Shown here: piece by piece, positions 12,224 to 20,809 of the stretch
Layout of the letters: the number at the start of each line of letters is the position of its first letter
Numbering within the stretch: position 1 is the first letter of the stretch
Program-made: the position numbers and the translations under genes
Notes under the pieces: model-generated
Told to the model about the DNA's origin: nothing
Seen by the model: only the letters and a program-made list of their open reading frames with translations
Database searches by the model: none
Source: Escherichia coli
GTDB lineage: Bacteria; Pseudomonadota; Gammaproteobacteria; Enterobacterales; Enterobacteriaceae
Assembly: GCF_003019035.1 (NCBI RefSeq)
Contig: NZ_CP027447.1
Strand: one strand, 5' to 3'
Length of the DNA stretch: 64,000 nt

Positions 12224-12544
12224 TCAGCGGGATAATTTTTGGATTGTTTCGGTTGAAACACGATCTCCCTCCGAATTGCAGGAACCATCAAGAGAGAGAG
12301 CCGGAGAAATTTGCCCAACCTCCGGCATCGTTTCATCTGTTGATAACCAATAAGCATATTTCTTAAATTTAGGGTGTTTAGTAACCTTAAGTAAGGCACC
12401 CTCTGTTACTTGCTTCCCCCTCACCTCATAGTTAGTTACCGTCCCATAAGGCAGCCCAACACAATCCGCAAACTCCTGGCGGGTCATACCTTCTGCTTCA
12501 CGAATCAGGCGAAATTTTTCACCCATGCTTGACAAAGATGCCAT
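12224..12544 (-). CDS. P2 C-type immunity repressor (HTH)
   Basis: HTH MTRQEFADCVGLPYGTVTNYE and C-terminal KYAYWLSTDE...GQISPALS resemble P2 C; start taken at MASLSS (extended ORF runs to 12598). Confidence 0.8.
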   Translation of the reverse strand: MASLSSMGEKFRLIREAEGMTRQEFADCVGLPYGTVTNYEVRGKQVTEGALLKVTKHPKFKKYAYWLSTDETMPEVGQISPALSLDGSCNSEGDRVSTETIQKLSR

Positions 12545-12657
12545 ATCGGGCATATCCTCCATCGCAACATGCCACATCGGGCATAAACATAAAAACACTC
12601 AAATAAGCCGATATAAGCCATTTTGAGCCATTCGAACGAATTAGGGAGATTACCACA

Positions 12658-12945
12658 ATGAGCGAATCAGAGCTTGGGGGCTTCATTCAGGTAGCACCAT
12701 ATCCACTTGAAGCGGTGCCATATCAACTATTCGCCAAGATGATCGGCCGCAAGGAATCCACAGTCAGAACCATGATTGACGCAGCAAAGCTACCGACAAT
12801 TGACTTTGTGAAACCAGGTTCAGTAAAGACGCGTGCATCAGAAAACTGGGTATATCTGCCAGCATTTAACGAAGGCATGCGCAAAGCGTTTTTTGAGCAA
12901 CCGAAAGAACGCCGCGATGCATGGTTGTTGTGGCTGGGGCTTTAG
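12658..12945 (+). CDS. cox: Cox-like excisionase / transcriptional switch protein
   Basis: 95 aa, divergent from repressor; WVYLPAFN ... WLLWLGL resembles P2 Cox. Confidence 0.8.
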   Translation: MSESELGGFIQVAPYPLEAVPYQLFAKMIGRKESTVRTMIDAAKLPTIDFVKPGSVKTRASENWVYLPAFNEGMRKAFFEQPKERRDAWLLWLGL

Positions 12946-12951
12946 CCATAA

Positions 12952-13158
12952 ATGACCAGCCATATCATCAGCGCCATTCTGACCCTTGTTTTTATTGAGA
13001 CAGACGTAATAGCGATCTATTTGTTTCGTAAGTTAACGGGACATGAAGAACGCTTTATTGAACTCAGCATTAAATATATCGCCGCTTATACCAAAGGGCT
13101 TTTCCCGGCAGCTATTGGGGCGATGTTTATAGTGTTTGTTATCTGGTTTATCGGGTGA
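12952..13158 (+). CDS. Hypothetical small membrane protein (early region)
   Basis: 68-aa ORF with two hydrophobic segments; position after cox. Confidence 0.4.
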   Translation: MTSHIISAILTLVFIETDVIAIYLFRKLTGHEERFIELSIKYIAAYTKGLFPAAIGAMFIVFVIWFIG

Positions 13159-13410
13159 GAAACCTGATAAACCACAACTACTGCAATGAGGGTAATTATG
13201 TGTGGCATGGACAAATTGGACCTTATGTTAATTGTAATACTATCAATTAACTTCGGTTACCTCTTAAGCGGCGTAATTCTCATGTGCGGAGGCAAACGAA
13301 AATGAACCAGCAGTCCGCAAAACGTGAAAACAATGCGATGCGATTTAATCGCAAATATTTTGAGTTTGGCCGCTATGCCGGAATAATTAAATCTGTACAG
13401 AGTCTTTAAC

Positions 13411-13752
13411 ATGAAACAGCAACGTAATTCACGCTTTCGTAATGGTGCTGAACGTCACGCTAACCGTTTCGCTACCAGTGCATCACGCAACAACATTCGC
13501 TACAGCCTGAGTGATACACACGCAACGCCGGATGGCTACCCAGTAAAACAAATCGGCGAGCATGCCTGGCTAATTGAGAAAGCTGGAATCGTGGTCCACA
13601 AATGCCCACGCAATCCGTTTACTGGAAACCGCATTTTTGCTCTAAGCAGCGGCGACAATCAGTTCGGGCAGGATTTCACATTATACGAAGCACTACGCAC
13701 GGTTGATCGTCTGCTTCGCGGACAAAGTTTTATTAAACAGGCTGATTTATAA
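13411..13752 (+). CDS. Hypothetical protein (early region)
   Basis: 113-aa ORF in early operon, same strand. Confidence 0.45.
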   Translation: MKQQRNSRFRNGAERHANRFATSASRNNIRYSLSDTHATPDGYPVKQIGEHAWLIEKAGIVVHKCPRNPFTGNRIFALSSGDNQFGQDFTLYEALRTVDRLLRGQSFIKQADL

Positions 13753-13762
13753 CAGGTGCTTT

Positions 13763-14050
13763 ATGACCAAAGACCATGCACAAGGTGTATTTATCCGTTT
13801 TATTGATTTTCGCGGTGAACTGTTATTACGCGCATCCGCTATTGATGGAGTGGCTCCGGCGGGTAAAAACGGAGCCGACGAAGCCACTTACGTTTATCTG
13901 AACGGCACGCGACTGCTTGTGGAACTTCCGTACCAGACCGTACGAGAAATCATTAGCAAAGCTGAAAAAGCGCGCCAGGCTAATGGCAATGAACCCTATA
14001 TCGAAATTATTTGCATGGATTCAGAAGCTAAAATTCAGAAAGCAGATTAA
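13763..14050 (+). CDS. Hypothetical protein (early region)
   Basis: 95-aa ORF (MTKDHAQG...) with upstream AGGTG. Confidence 0.45.
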   Translation: MTKDHAQGVFIRFIDFRGELLLRASAIDGVAPAGKNGADEATYVYLNGTRLLVELPYQTVREIISKAEKARQANGNEPYIEIICMDSEAKIQKAD

Positions 14051-14061
14051 AGGGTGTTGCA

Positions 14062-14304
14062 ATGGACAAAGAATATAAAACACTCATCAACAAAGCACTT
14101 GAGCGTTTTTATTTTCGCTTAAGTGCATCAGGCGCTCATGCTGAACGTGCAGCCCGTGACTCATTGACCAGGGCAATCCGGAGTCTGTATGACGTGGCTT
14201 TTTACGCTGATGATCTGGATGCACTTAACGAACTTTCCGAGCTAATCTGTGCCGCAGAATGCGGGGAACATATTGAACCGTATAAGCTGGGGAATATCGC
14301 ATGA
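14062..14304 (+). CDS. Hypothetical protein (early region)
   Basis: 80-aa ORF, tight spacing with neighbours. Confidence 0.45.
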   Translation: MDKEYKTLINKALERFYFRLSASGAHAERAARDSLTRAIRSLYDVAFYADDLDALNELSELICAAECGEHIEPYKLGNIA

Positions 14305-14499
14305 GTATATTTATCTCATGGCTTGTTCTGATTATTTCTGTGGCCTGCGCCATTGGGATTATGCGAATTATTCATTCAGTAAAAAAGATTGAACGCTTTT
14401 CACTGGCGAATAACAGAGCAAATAAAACCACAGGTTAAATAAGAAAATGTAAAAACAATCCGCATTCGCGGAGGTATTCGCATACGCCAAGGAGGCGTA

Positions 14500-14703
14500 A
14501 TGGCAATTAAGCATTTTCCTGTCGTTCGTTTTACCTCCAGAGGACGTGAATACGAAGTCGACGAACGCCTGATTACCACAATCGACAAACACCGTTCAGA
14601 AAAGGATGCACATCACATCTATCTCACTGACGGCACTTACTTCTGCGCCACGAATGTGGTGCAGGTGAACCTTATCCGACAGGTACAGGAGTCACGCAGA
14701 TGA
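14500..14703 (+). CDS. Hypothetical protein (early region)
   Basis: 67-aa ORF with strong AGGAGG Shine-Dalgarno. Confidence 0.5.
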   Translation: MAIKHFPVVRFTSRGREYEVDERLITTIDKHRSEKDAHHIYLTDGTYFCATNVVQVNLIRQVQESRR

Positions 14704-14945
14704 CCATTCTGGATTATATCGCTGCCAATCCGGGGTGTAGCGGTGGAGAAATCGCCGCAGCACTGAATACCCCAACCACAGCCATTAATGCGGAGTTACG
14801 CCGACTCTGGCGCAGCGGTTCAGTCATAAGAAAAGAGCGCAAAACAGGCGGTCGCTTTTCTTACCAGATAAACCCGATGCCGTTCGGGTGCGGCAATCCA
14901 CTTACCAACATGTTTAACCAGCTACTGAAGGAAGCCAGAGCATGA
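14700..14945 (+). CDS. Hypothetical protein, possible winged-helix DNA-binding
   Basis: 81-aa ORF, start overlaps previous stop (ATGA); helix-turn-helix-like segment. Confidence 0.5.
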   Translation: MTILDYIAANPGCSGGEIAAALNTPTTAINAELRRLWRSGSVIRKERKTGGRFSYQINPMPFGCGNPLTNMFNQLLKEARA

Positions 14946-15241
14946 GCGCCATCAACCACCAGGAATTACGCGAACTGGCAACTGACCTTCAACGAATGGC
15001 AACGCATCAAAAATTACTGGCGTTTCGCGCAACGCTCTCGCCGTCTGCTGTGCTGGCACTGCTGGATGAGCTGGAGCACGCCAGAACCACGGCTCCTGCC
15101 ATTCGCCTGACACTCCATCATGAAATCGCCGATTTCTGCGCGACGTTGGAGGCACCAGGCGAACCGGAAACGCCGGAAGCAATACAGCAAGAGCTGCTGC
15201 AACGCATTGACAAGGTTTTTGATTTTTTTCTGAACCAGTAA
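14942..15241 (+). CDS. Hypothetical protein (early region)
   Basis: 99-aa ORF, start overlaps previous stop. Confidence 0.5.
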   Translation: MSAINHQELRELATDLQRMATHQKLLAFRATLSPSAVLALLDELEHARTTAPAIRLTLHHEIADFCATLEAPGEPETPEAIQQELLQRIDKVFDFFLNQ

Positions 15242-15563
15242 GAAACCAGAACATGCACACACAAAAAAACCGCTTGCCATGCCGCAATCAGTCAGGTTAC
15301 ATTTCCGCTGCACCTCACAAAACGGGTGCCGGGTTTCGCAGCCTGCTGACTACACAAGCGCACAACCGCGCCAGCGGTTTTTTTGTGCGTACTGTATTGC
15401 CACGTTTTTTTCGCGTCAGAATTATGGCGGGGCGTACGGGGCCGACTTCGGTCGGGCCGGGTTCTTGTGTAGCCGGTACTGCGAACCTCGTACGTCTCGC
15501 CACCCACAGTTTCGCAGCTCTGGATGGTGAGTTTTCACAACTTACTACACAAGGGGCCACACC

Positions 15564-15794
15564 ATGGCAAACCGCAAACCACACCGCGCTATCGCGGAGC
15601 GTCGTCACATCCAGACTGAAATCAACCGCAGACTTTCCCGCGCATCACGCGTCGCGCAAATCATGCACATCAATATGCTGCATGAGCGCAGCCACGCACT
15701 ATCAAACATTTATTCCGCCTCTGTTTTCAGCTATCTGGCGGATGATCTGCACGAGCTTCAACAGCTCATCCAGCAGCAAAACAAACTCCATTAA
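15564..15794 (+). CDS. Hypothetical protein (early region)
   Basis: 76-aa basic ORF. Confidence 0.4.
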   Translation: MANRKPHRAIAERRHIQTEINRRLSRASRVAQIMHINMLHERSHALSNIYSASVFSYLADDLHELQQLIQQQNKLH

Positions 15795-15866
15795 TTCCTG
15801 TTCCGGGCCTTTCCTGCACCTTGCGGCGGGAGGCCTTCGCACATCTGTAGTAAAGAGAATTGCAGC

Positions 15867-16256
15867 ATGATTGACGCTCATGACTTCACAAGATGGGTGC
15901 GCACACAGGACACCCGTCTGGCTCCCGTTCTTCAGGGATTATTTGATCTCTACATCCGTGGTCGTGACAACAGAGCACGCACCACAAAACCAGAGAATGC
16001 AGACACCCTTTATTTCACAGTAGACGACTGCTACCGCGTGGACTTCACACCACACGGGCTGGCGTTGCACTGCCTGACACCACACGGCGAATCACTACTG
16101 GCTTATTACGACTCCCCGGCCTCCGTATTTGCGGCAATGCTGGCGCATCGCACTGCTGGCGGGTGTGCCTCGCTGAGTGAATACACCGCTGAATTTAACC
16201 GCCTTTCCACCCTCTTCTCGCAGGAGTGGCAGCGCGTGACGGGATACCAGCCATGA
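15867..16256 (+). CDS. Hypothetical protein (early region)
   Basis: 129-aa ORF, stop overlaps gpA start. Confidence 0.5.
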   Translation: MIDAHDFTRWVRTQDTRLAPVLQGLFDLYIRGRDNRARTTKPENADTLYFTVDDCYRVDFTPHGLALHCLTPHGESLLAYYDSPASVFAAMLAHRTAGGCASLSEYTAEFNRLSTLFSQEWQRVTGYQP

Positions 16257-19093
16257 GTGAGTTTGCATGGAGCTGGAATGAACCACGGCCAGCCATTGAT
16301 CCAGCCAGATTTACGGAGCACAGGCAGGAAACTGAAACCGACCTGCAACGCGCCATCCGTTACTACCTTGAGGCGGACAAAAGGGCACAGAAAGAACAGG
16401 AAGCAAAGGAAGAAGCCTTTTTCGCACAATCCGCCATGGGTAAAAAACTCATGGCATCCCATGAGGAAGCCGGACAGCGTGAAAAGCTGGCACAGAGCAT
16501 CATCAGTAAGCGCCGGGCAACAGAACAAGACCCGGTAGCCCGTGCCTTTGCCACACTGAAGGCGCTTCCCGTTTATCTGCGAGAACCTCTGAGCCGCCAC
16601 CTCTCTTTCCTGCGCAAGAAGCAGGAAGCCGATCGTCAGAAAGGCAAAAAGAGCTGGCAGGCGGAACGCTATGCACGCGGAACCCTGCGCAAAATATTCG
16701 AACGTCTGGACCGCACCGACAGCCGCTGGCTGACACCGGGTTATCGCTCTCTTGCCGGACGCGAACGCCTGGACGATTTGCTTTACCTGCCGCAGCTCAA
16801 CAAACACCAGATACAGACGCTGGCCACCATGACGGCGGCGATGTTCAGCAGCACCTTCGAAAAACTCTGCGATGGCTTTGGCGCGACTGATGGCGAACTG
16901 ACCATGGATGTAACGCTGAAGGCGTATCAGATGCTGGCCCGCATGGCGTTACACCTGCACATCATGCCTCCACATTATGACGCACTGACAACAGATAAAG
17001 ACCGGAGGAACGAACCGGACACGGAGCTGCTGCCGGGCGCAATCCTTCGCCTGACCTGTGCGGAATGGTGGAAACGCAAACTGTGGCTGTTACGTTGCGA
17101 GTGGAGAGAAGAACAACTCCGCGCCGCCTGTCTGGTTTCCAGAAAAACATCACCCTATCTGAGCCAGGACGCGTTAAGCGAGTTTCGCGCACAGCGCGAG
17201 AAAACACGCGATTTCCTGAAAAGTTTCATGCTGGAAAATGAAGACGGGTTCACGATTGATCTCGAGACGGTGTATTACGCGGGAGTAAGTAACCCGGTTC
17301 ACCGTAAGGCAGAAATGATGGCCACCATGAAGGGACTGGAACTTCTGGCCGAAGCCCGTGGCGACAGAGCGGTGTTTCTGACTGTCACCTGCCCGTCAAA
17401 ATACCACGCAACAACGGAGAACGGTCATCCGAACCCCAAATGGAACGGGGCCACCATGCGCGACTCCAGCGATTACCTGGTTAACACGTTTTTTGCGGCG
17501 GTCCGCAAAAAACTGAACCGCGACGGCCTGCGCTGGTATGGCATCCGCACGGTGGAGCCTCACCATGACGGCACCGTGCACTGGCACATGATGGTCTTTG
17601 CTCATCCAGAAGAAATCGACAGCATCGTGGCCATCACCCGCGATATTGCCATTCAGGAAGACCGCCACGAGCTGGGCAATGATATTACTCCGCGCTTTAA
17701 GGTGGAGTATGTCGACGGCTCAAAAGGCACACCAACCAGCTACATCGCCACCTACATCGGAAAGAACCTGGACAGCCGCGCCGTGGATGGCATCGACCCG
17801 AAAACGGGCAAGCCACGCGTTGACCACGAAACCGGAAAATCAATGGCCGAGAGCGTGGAACGCGCCATCGGCTGGGCGCGCCTTCACCGGGTCCGCCAGT
17901 TCCAGTTCTTTGGTATCCCCTCCCGTCAGGTGTGGCGTGAACTGCGCCGCCTTGCCAGCCAGATGGCACGCAACCCGGAAGGCCCGCAACGGCTGAAGGA
18001 TGACGCAATGGACGCGGTACTCGCTGCCGCTGATGCCGGATGTTTTGCCACCTACATTGAGAAACAGGGTGGCGTACTTGTTCCACGCAAAGACTACCTG
18101 ATTCGCACCGCCTACGACCTCGCAGATGAGCTGAACGATTACGGCGAGCAGAGTGTACAGATTTACGGGATCTGGTCGCCGCTCATCGGGGAGTCTTCCC
18201 GCGTGTGCACGCACCCGGATAACTGGAAGCTGGTAAGACGTAAACCGGAAGCGGAAGACAGCGCCCGCGAAAATGGTTTTGACCTTCAGGGCGGCCCTGC
18301 CGCCCCTTGGACTCGTGGCAATAACTGTCCCCGTGTACAGGAAACGGACAACAACGGGACAGAACAGCCGGAAGAACGGCCAGCACCGTGGCCGCAGCTC
18401 CCTGACGGCGTTGAAGTGAACGAATGGATGCGCTCACTGAAACGGCACGAACGCCGGGCGCTGATGCGTTCGCTTCGTGACAAACAGGCAAAAAACAGCA
18501 GTGATGAAATGCAGAGCTGGACACAGAGCCGCAAACAGCAGCGGCCTTTGCCTGATAACCACGAATTACTCGCTAAAGAATGGCGGGAGTCTGCTGAATC
18601 TCTCGGCCTGCATATCGGTGAACAGCAGATGCAGCACCTGTTACGGGGCGGCAGTCTGTACGTTGACGGCAGCATCATTGCACCGCAGGGATTTGAAATT
18701 GTACGCAAACCGGATACCCGACCGGACAGCCGGATCACGCAGCTCTGGCAGCGCCTGAGCCGTAACCACGGCGTAAGCAGCACGGAGATCCGCCATAACC
18801 CGGTCGCCAGCTATCTGGAACAGCTGGCGGCATCAGACCCCGAAGCCGCCGCACGCCTGGCATCCACACTTCAGCAAGACCAGAACACCATGAAAACACC
18901 CGTTACCGTGCTTTCTGACATGCTGCGCGCCATCCGCGACGCAGAGCACGCACAGAGAATCAGTGAAACCACTGAACGCGCCCGCCGCAAAGCAGACCTG
19001 CTGCGGGGTGGCCTGACCATTGGAAACAAAAAACAGACAGAAACGGGATTCACAAATCCCGTAAATGAGCAAAAAACGCGCCGCGATATATGA
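16253..19093 (+). CDS. Replication initiation endonuclease (P2 gpA-like rolling-circle initiator)
   Basis: 946 aa from MSEFAWSW; conserved HHDGTVHWHMMVF region of the phage replication endonuclease family; longer than P2 gpA (C-terminal extension). Confidence 0.85.
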   Translation: MSEFAWSWNEPRPAIDPARFTEHRQETETDLQRAIRYYLEADKRAQKEQEAKEEAFFAQSAMGKKLMASHEEAGQREKLAQSIISKRRATEQDPVARAFATLKALPVYLREPLSRHLSFLRKKQEADRQKGKKSWQAERYARGTLRKIFERLDRTDSRWLTPGYRSLAGRERLDDLLYLPQLNKHQIQTLATMTAAMFSSTFEKLCDGFGATDGELTMDVTLKAYQMLARMALHLHIMPPHYDALTTDKDRRNEPDTELLPGAILRLTCAEWWKRKLWLLRCEWREEQLRAACLVSRKTSPYLSQDALSEFRAQREKTRDFLKSFMLENEDGFTIDLETVYYAGVSNPVHRKAEMMATMKGLELLAEARGDRAVFLTVTCPSKYHATTENGHPNPKWNGATMRDSSDYLVNTFFAAVRKKLNRDGLRWYGIRTVEPHHDGTVHWHMMVFAHPEEIDSIVAITRDIAIQEDRHELGNDITPRFKVEYVDGSKGTPTSYIATYIGKNLDSRAVDGIDPKTGKPRVDHETGKSMAESVERAIGWARLHRVRQFQFFGIPSRQVWRELRRLASQMARNPEGPQRLKDDAMDAVLAAADAGCFATYIEKQGGVLVPRKDYLIRTAYDLADELNDYGEQSVQIYGIWSPLIGESSRVCTHPDNWKLVRRKPEAEDSARENGFDLQGGPAAPWTRGNNCPRVQETDNNGTEQPEERPAPWPQLPDGVEVNEWMRSLKRHERRALMRSLRDKQAKNSSDEMQSWTQSRKQQRPLPDNHELLAKEWRESAESLGLHIGEQQMQHLLRGGSLYVDGSIIAPQGFEIVRKPDTRPDSRITQLWQRLSRNHGVSSTEIRHNPVASYLEQLAASDPEAAARLASTLQQDQNTMKTPVTVLSDMLRAIRDAEHAQRISETTERARRKADLLRGGLTIGNKKQTETGFTNPVNEQKTRRDI

Positions 19094-19138
19094 AGCGCGC
19101 ATAAAACAGGCAAAAACGGGATTTCAGAATCCCGTAAA
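19041..19138. repeat. Two copies of a 25-bp palindromic repeat (AAACGGGATTNNNNAATCCCGTAAA)
   Basis: copies at 19041-19065 (inside gpA 3' end) and 19114-19138 (just upstream of parM-like gene); each has a 7-bp perfect stem. Confidence 0.5.
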
Positions 19139-19169
19139 CGATTAATTAATCAACATAAGGAAAAGCGAC

Positions 19170-20129
19170 ATGAAAATTTGTATCGATGACGGCTCCACCA
19201 ACATCAAGCTGGCATGGACTGAGAACGGCGAACGCCGCAACGCCATCAGCCCGAACAGCTTCAAGTCGGAATGGTCTGCGCCGTTCGGTGGCACGCAGCC
19301 CGCGAACTACATGCTTGATGGCGTGCGCTATGGTTTTGATCCGGTCAGCGATCGCTTTGTCCAGACGACCGACACGCAATACCAGTACAGCGATGTGAAT
19401 GTCATTGCCATTCATCACGCGCTGGTCAAATCAGGCATCACACCACAGGAAGTGGATGTGGTTGTCACCCTGCCACTGAGCGAATATTTCGACACAAACG
19501 CACAGCCGGACATGGCCAACATCAACCGCAAAAAAGCAAACGTCATGCGCCCGGTGGCGTACCAGAACGGAAAAGCATTCACTATCCGTAACGTACGGGT
19601 TATGCCTGAATCCATTCCGGCTGGTTTTAAAGCACTGGCTGACATGAGTCCGTTTGAATCCCTGCTGATTGTGGATTTAGGCGGAACCACGCTGGATGTG
19701 GCAAAGGTTCAGGGACAACTGGCAGGTATCAGCCAGGTGTTTTGCGATCCACACGTAGGCGTTTCCCTGATGGCCGATGCCGTACTGTCGGTGATGGCCA
19801 CTAACGGTATGCGCACCAGTCACCACATCGCCAATACCATTATCGAACATCGCCATGATGAAGCCTGGCTGCGCCAGCACATCCACAATGACGCGCATTA
19901 CGCCAGCCTGATGGCGGTTATTCGTGAAAAGGAAGAAACACTGAAACAACGCGTGATCCGCGCGCTGGCGGTTTTTTCGGGTTACGGGCGGGTGATGGTT
20001 GTCGGTGGCGGGGCGGAGATTGTGGCACCCGCTATCCGCGAAGCCTGCGGAGTTAATGCGACTTTCATCGCGGACGGGGTGCCACAATTTGCTCTGGTTA
20101 ATGGGCTGTACGCAATGAACAAGGAGTAA
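19170..20129 (+). CDS. ParM/StbA-family actin-like segregation ATPase
   Basis: 319 aa; IDDGSTNIKL, ISPNSFK, YSDVNV.A.HHAL, VMPESIPAG, LIVDLGGTTLD, VMVVGGGAE closely parallel plasmid R1 ParM. Confidence 0.85.
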   Translation: MKICIDDGSTNIKLAWTENGERRNAISPNSFKSEWSAPFGGTQPANYMLDGVRYGFDPVSDRFVQTTDTQYQYSDVNVIAIHHALVKSGITPQEVDVVVTLPLSEYFDTNAQPDMANINRKKANVMRPVAYQNGKAFTIRNVRVMPESIPAGFKALADMSPFESLLIVDLGGTTLDVAKVQGQLAGISQVFCDPHVGVSLMADAVLSVMATNGMRTSHHIANTIIEHRHDEAWLRQHIHNDAHYASLMAVIREKEETLKQRVIRALAVFSGYGRVMVVGGGAEIVAPAIREACGVNATFIADGVPQFALVNGLYAMNKE

Positions 20130-20133
20130 ACCA

Positions 20134-20445
20134 ATGACGACACCAACCAGAAGAATAAGTTTCTATCTGAAGCCAGCTGCCGTCAAGAACGAAGGAGAAG
20201 CATGCGCCTGGCTGGACAGTCTTACACCAGAAGCCCGCAAAAGCGGCCAACGCGTGGCTTTTCTGGCCGGGCTGGCACTTCTGAAGACGAATCCGGCAGA
20301 GGCTTACCGACTGGCCGCATGGGCTGATGATGAGATGTTACCTGTGACACAAATCAGCTCAAAAAAGTTTGAAGCACAGTCTGCACCAGTGGCTAAGATA
20401 ACCAGCCAGATGGCTGGGAATATCCGGGCGTTATTTCCTGAGTAA
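20134..20445 (+). CDS. ParR/StbB-like small DNA-binding adaptor
   Basis: 103 aa directly downstream of the ParM-like gene; ISFYLKP and LDSLTPEARKSGQRVAFLAGLAL parallel R1 ParR N-terminus. Confidence 0.7.
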   Translation: MTTPTRRISFYLKPAAVKNEGEACAWLDSLTPEARKSGQRVAFLAGLALLKTNPAEAYRLAAWADDEMLPVTQISSKKFEAQSAPVAKITSQMAGNIRALFPE

Positions 20446-20573
20446 AAGCATCTGCGCGAAAAATGCTCACGTTTATAGAGACAGTATCATTCCATTTGGC
20501 ACACTTACTTCAATAATCGATCTGTTAAACAAATAGATTGTCTATTATCTATCGATTAAAACGATCAATTATC

Positions 20574-20601
20574 TTGACAGTAATGTGCCTTTTTGTAAGA
20601 T
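20574..20601 (+). promoter_or_regulatory. Sigma70-like promoter (TTGACA-16-TAAGAT) with GATC overlapping the -10
   Basis: near-consensus -35/-10; three GATC sites at 20519, 20563 and 20599. Confidence 0.45.
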
Positions 20602-20707
20602 CGTTCGCATTGTGAGCGACAAGATAATTGCGCGGCATTGTCCATGCAAAACGCCCCAATAGCAGCAACTATTGGGGCGTAAAACTCGGTCGGACTCACT
20701 TAACCTG

Positions 20708-20793
20708 ATATGCGTGCCTTCCGAAGTAAATCAAAATGTGCGTCGTATATTTTATTGCTTACACGCACCTCTGTAAAGGCACGCATATTTTTC
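20708..20793 (+). terminator. Long hairpin (13-bp perfect stem, nested 6-bp inner stem) followed by T-run; attenuator or terminator
   Basis: ATATGCGTGCCTT (20708-20720) pairs with AAGGCACGCATAT (20776-20788), then TTTTT; lies between the promoter and the GTG start at 20810. Confidence 0.4.
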
Positions 20794-20809
20794 CTATGAG
20801 GTAAATAAA

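Noticed and set aside
15400-15530. tRNA or tmRNA-like gene suggested by a long terminal stem ending in CCA-like sequence
   Set aside because: No cloverleaf with D and T arms could be drawn; treated as a structured non-coding region only
16106-16807. 233-aa minus-strand ORF
   Set aside because: Antisense to the N-terminal part of the gpA replicase and the upstream gene; no ribosome-binding site or homology
20446-20809. LexA/SOS box (CTGT-N8-ACAG) controlling a tum-like antirepressor
   Set aside because: No convincing LexA box found by eye and the 89-aa product does not resemble 186 Tum; left as unassigned
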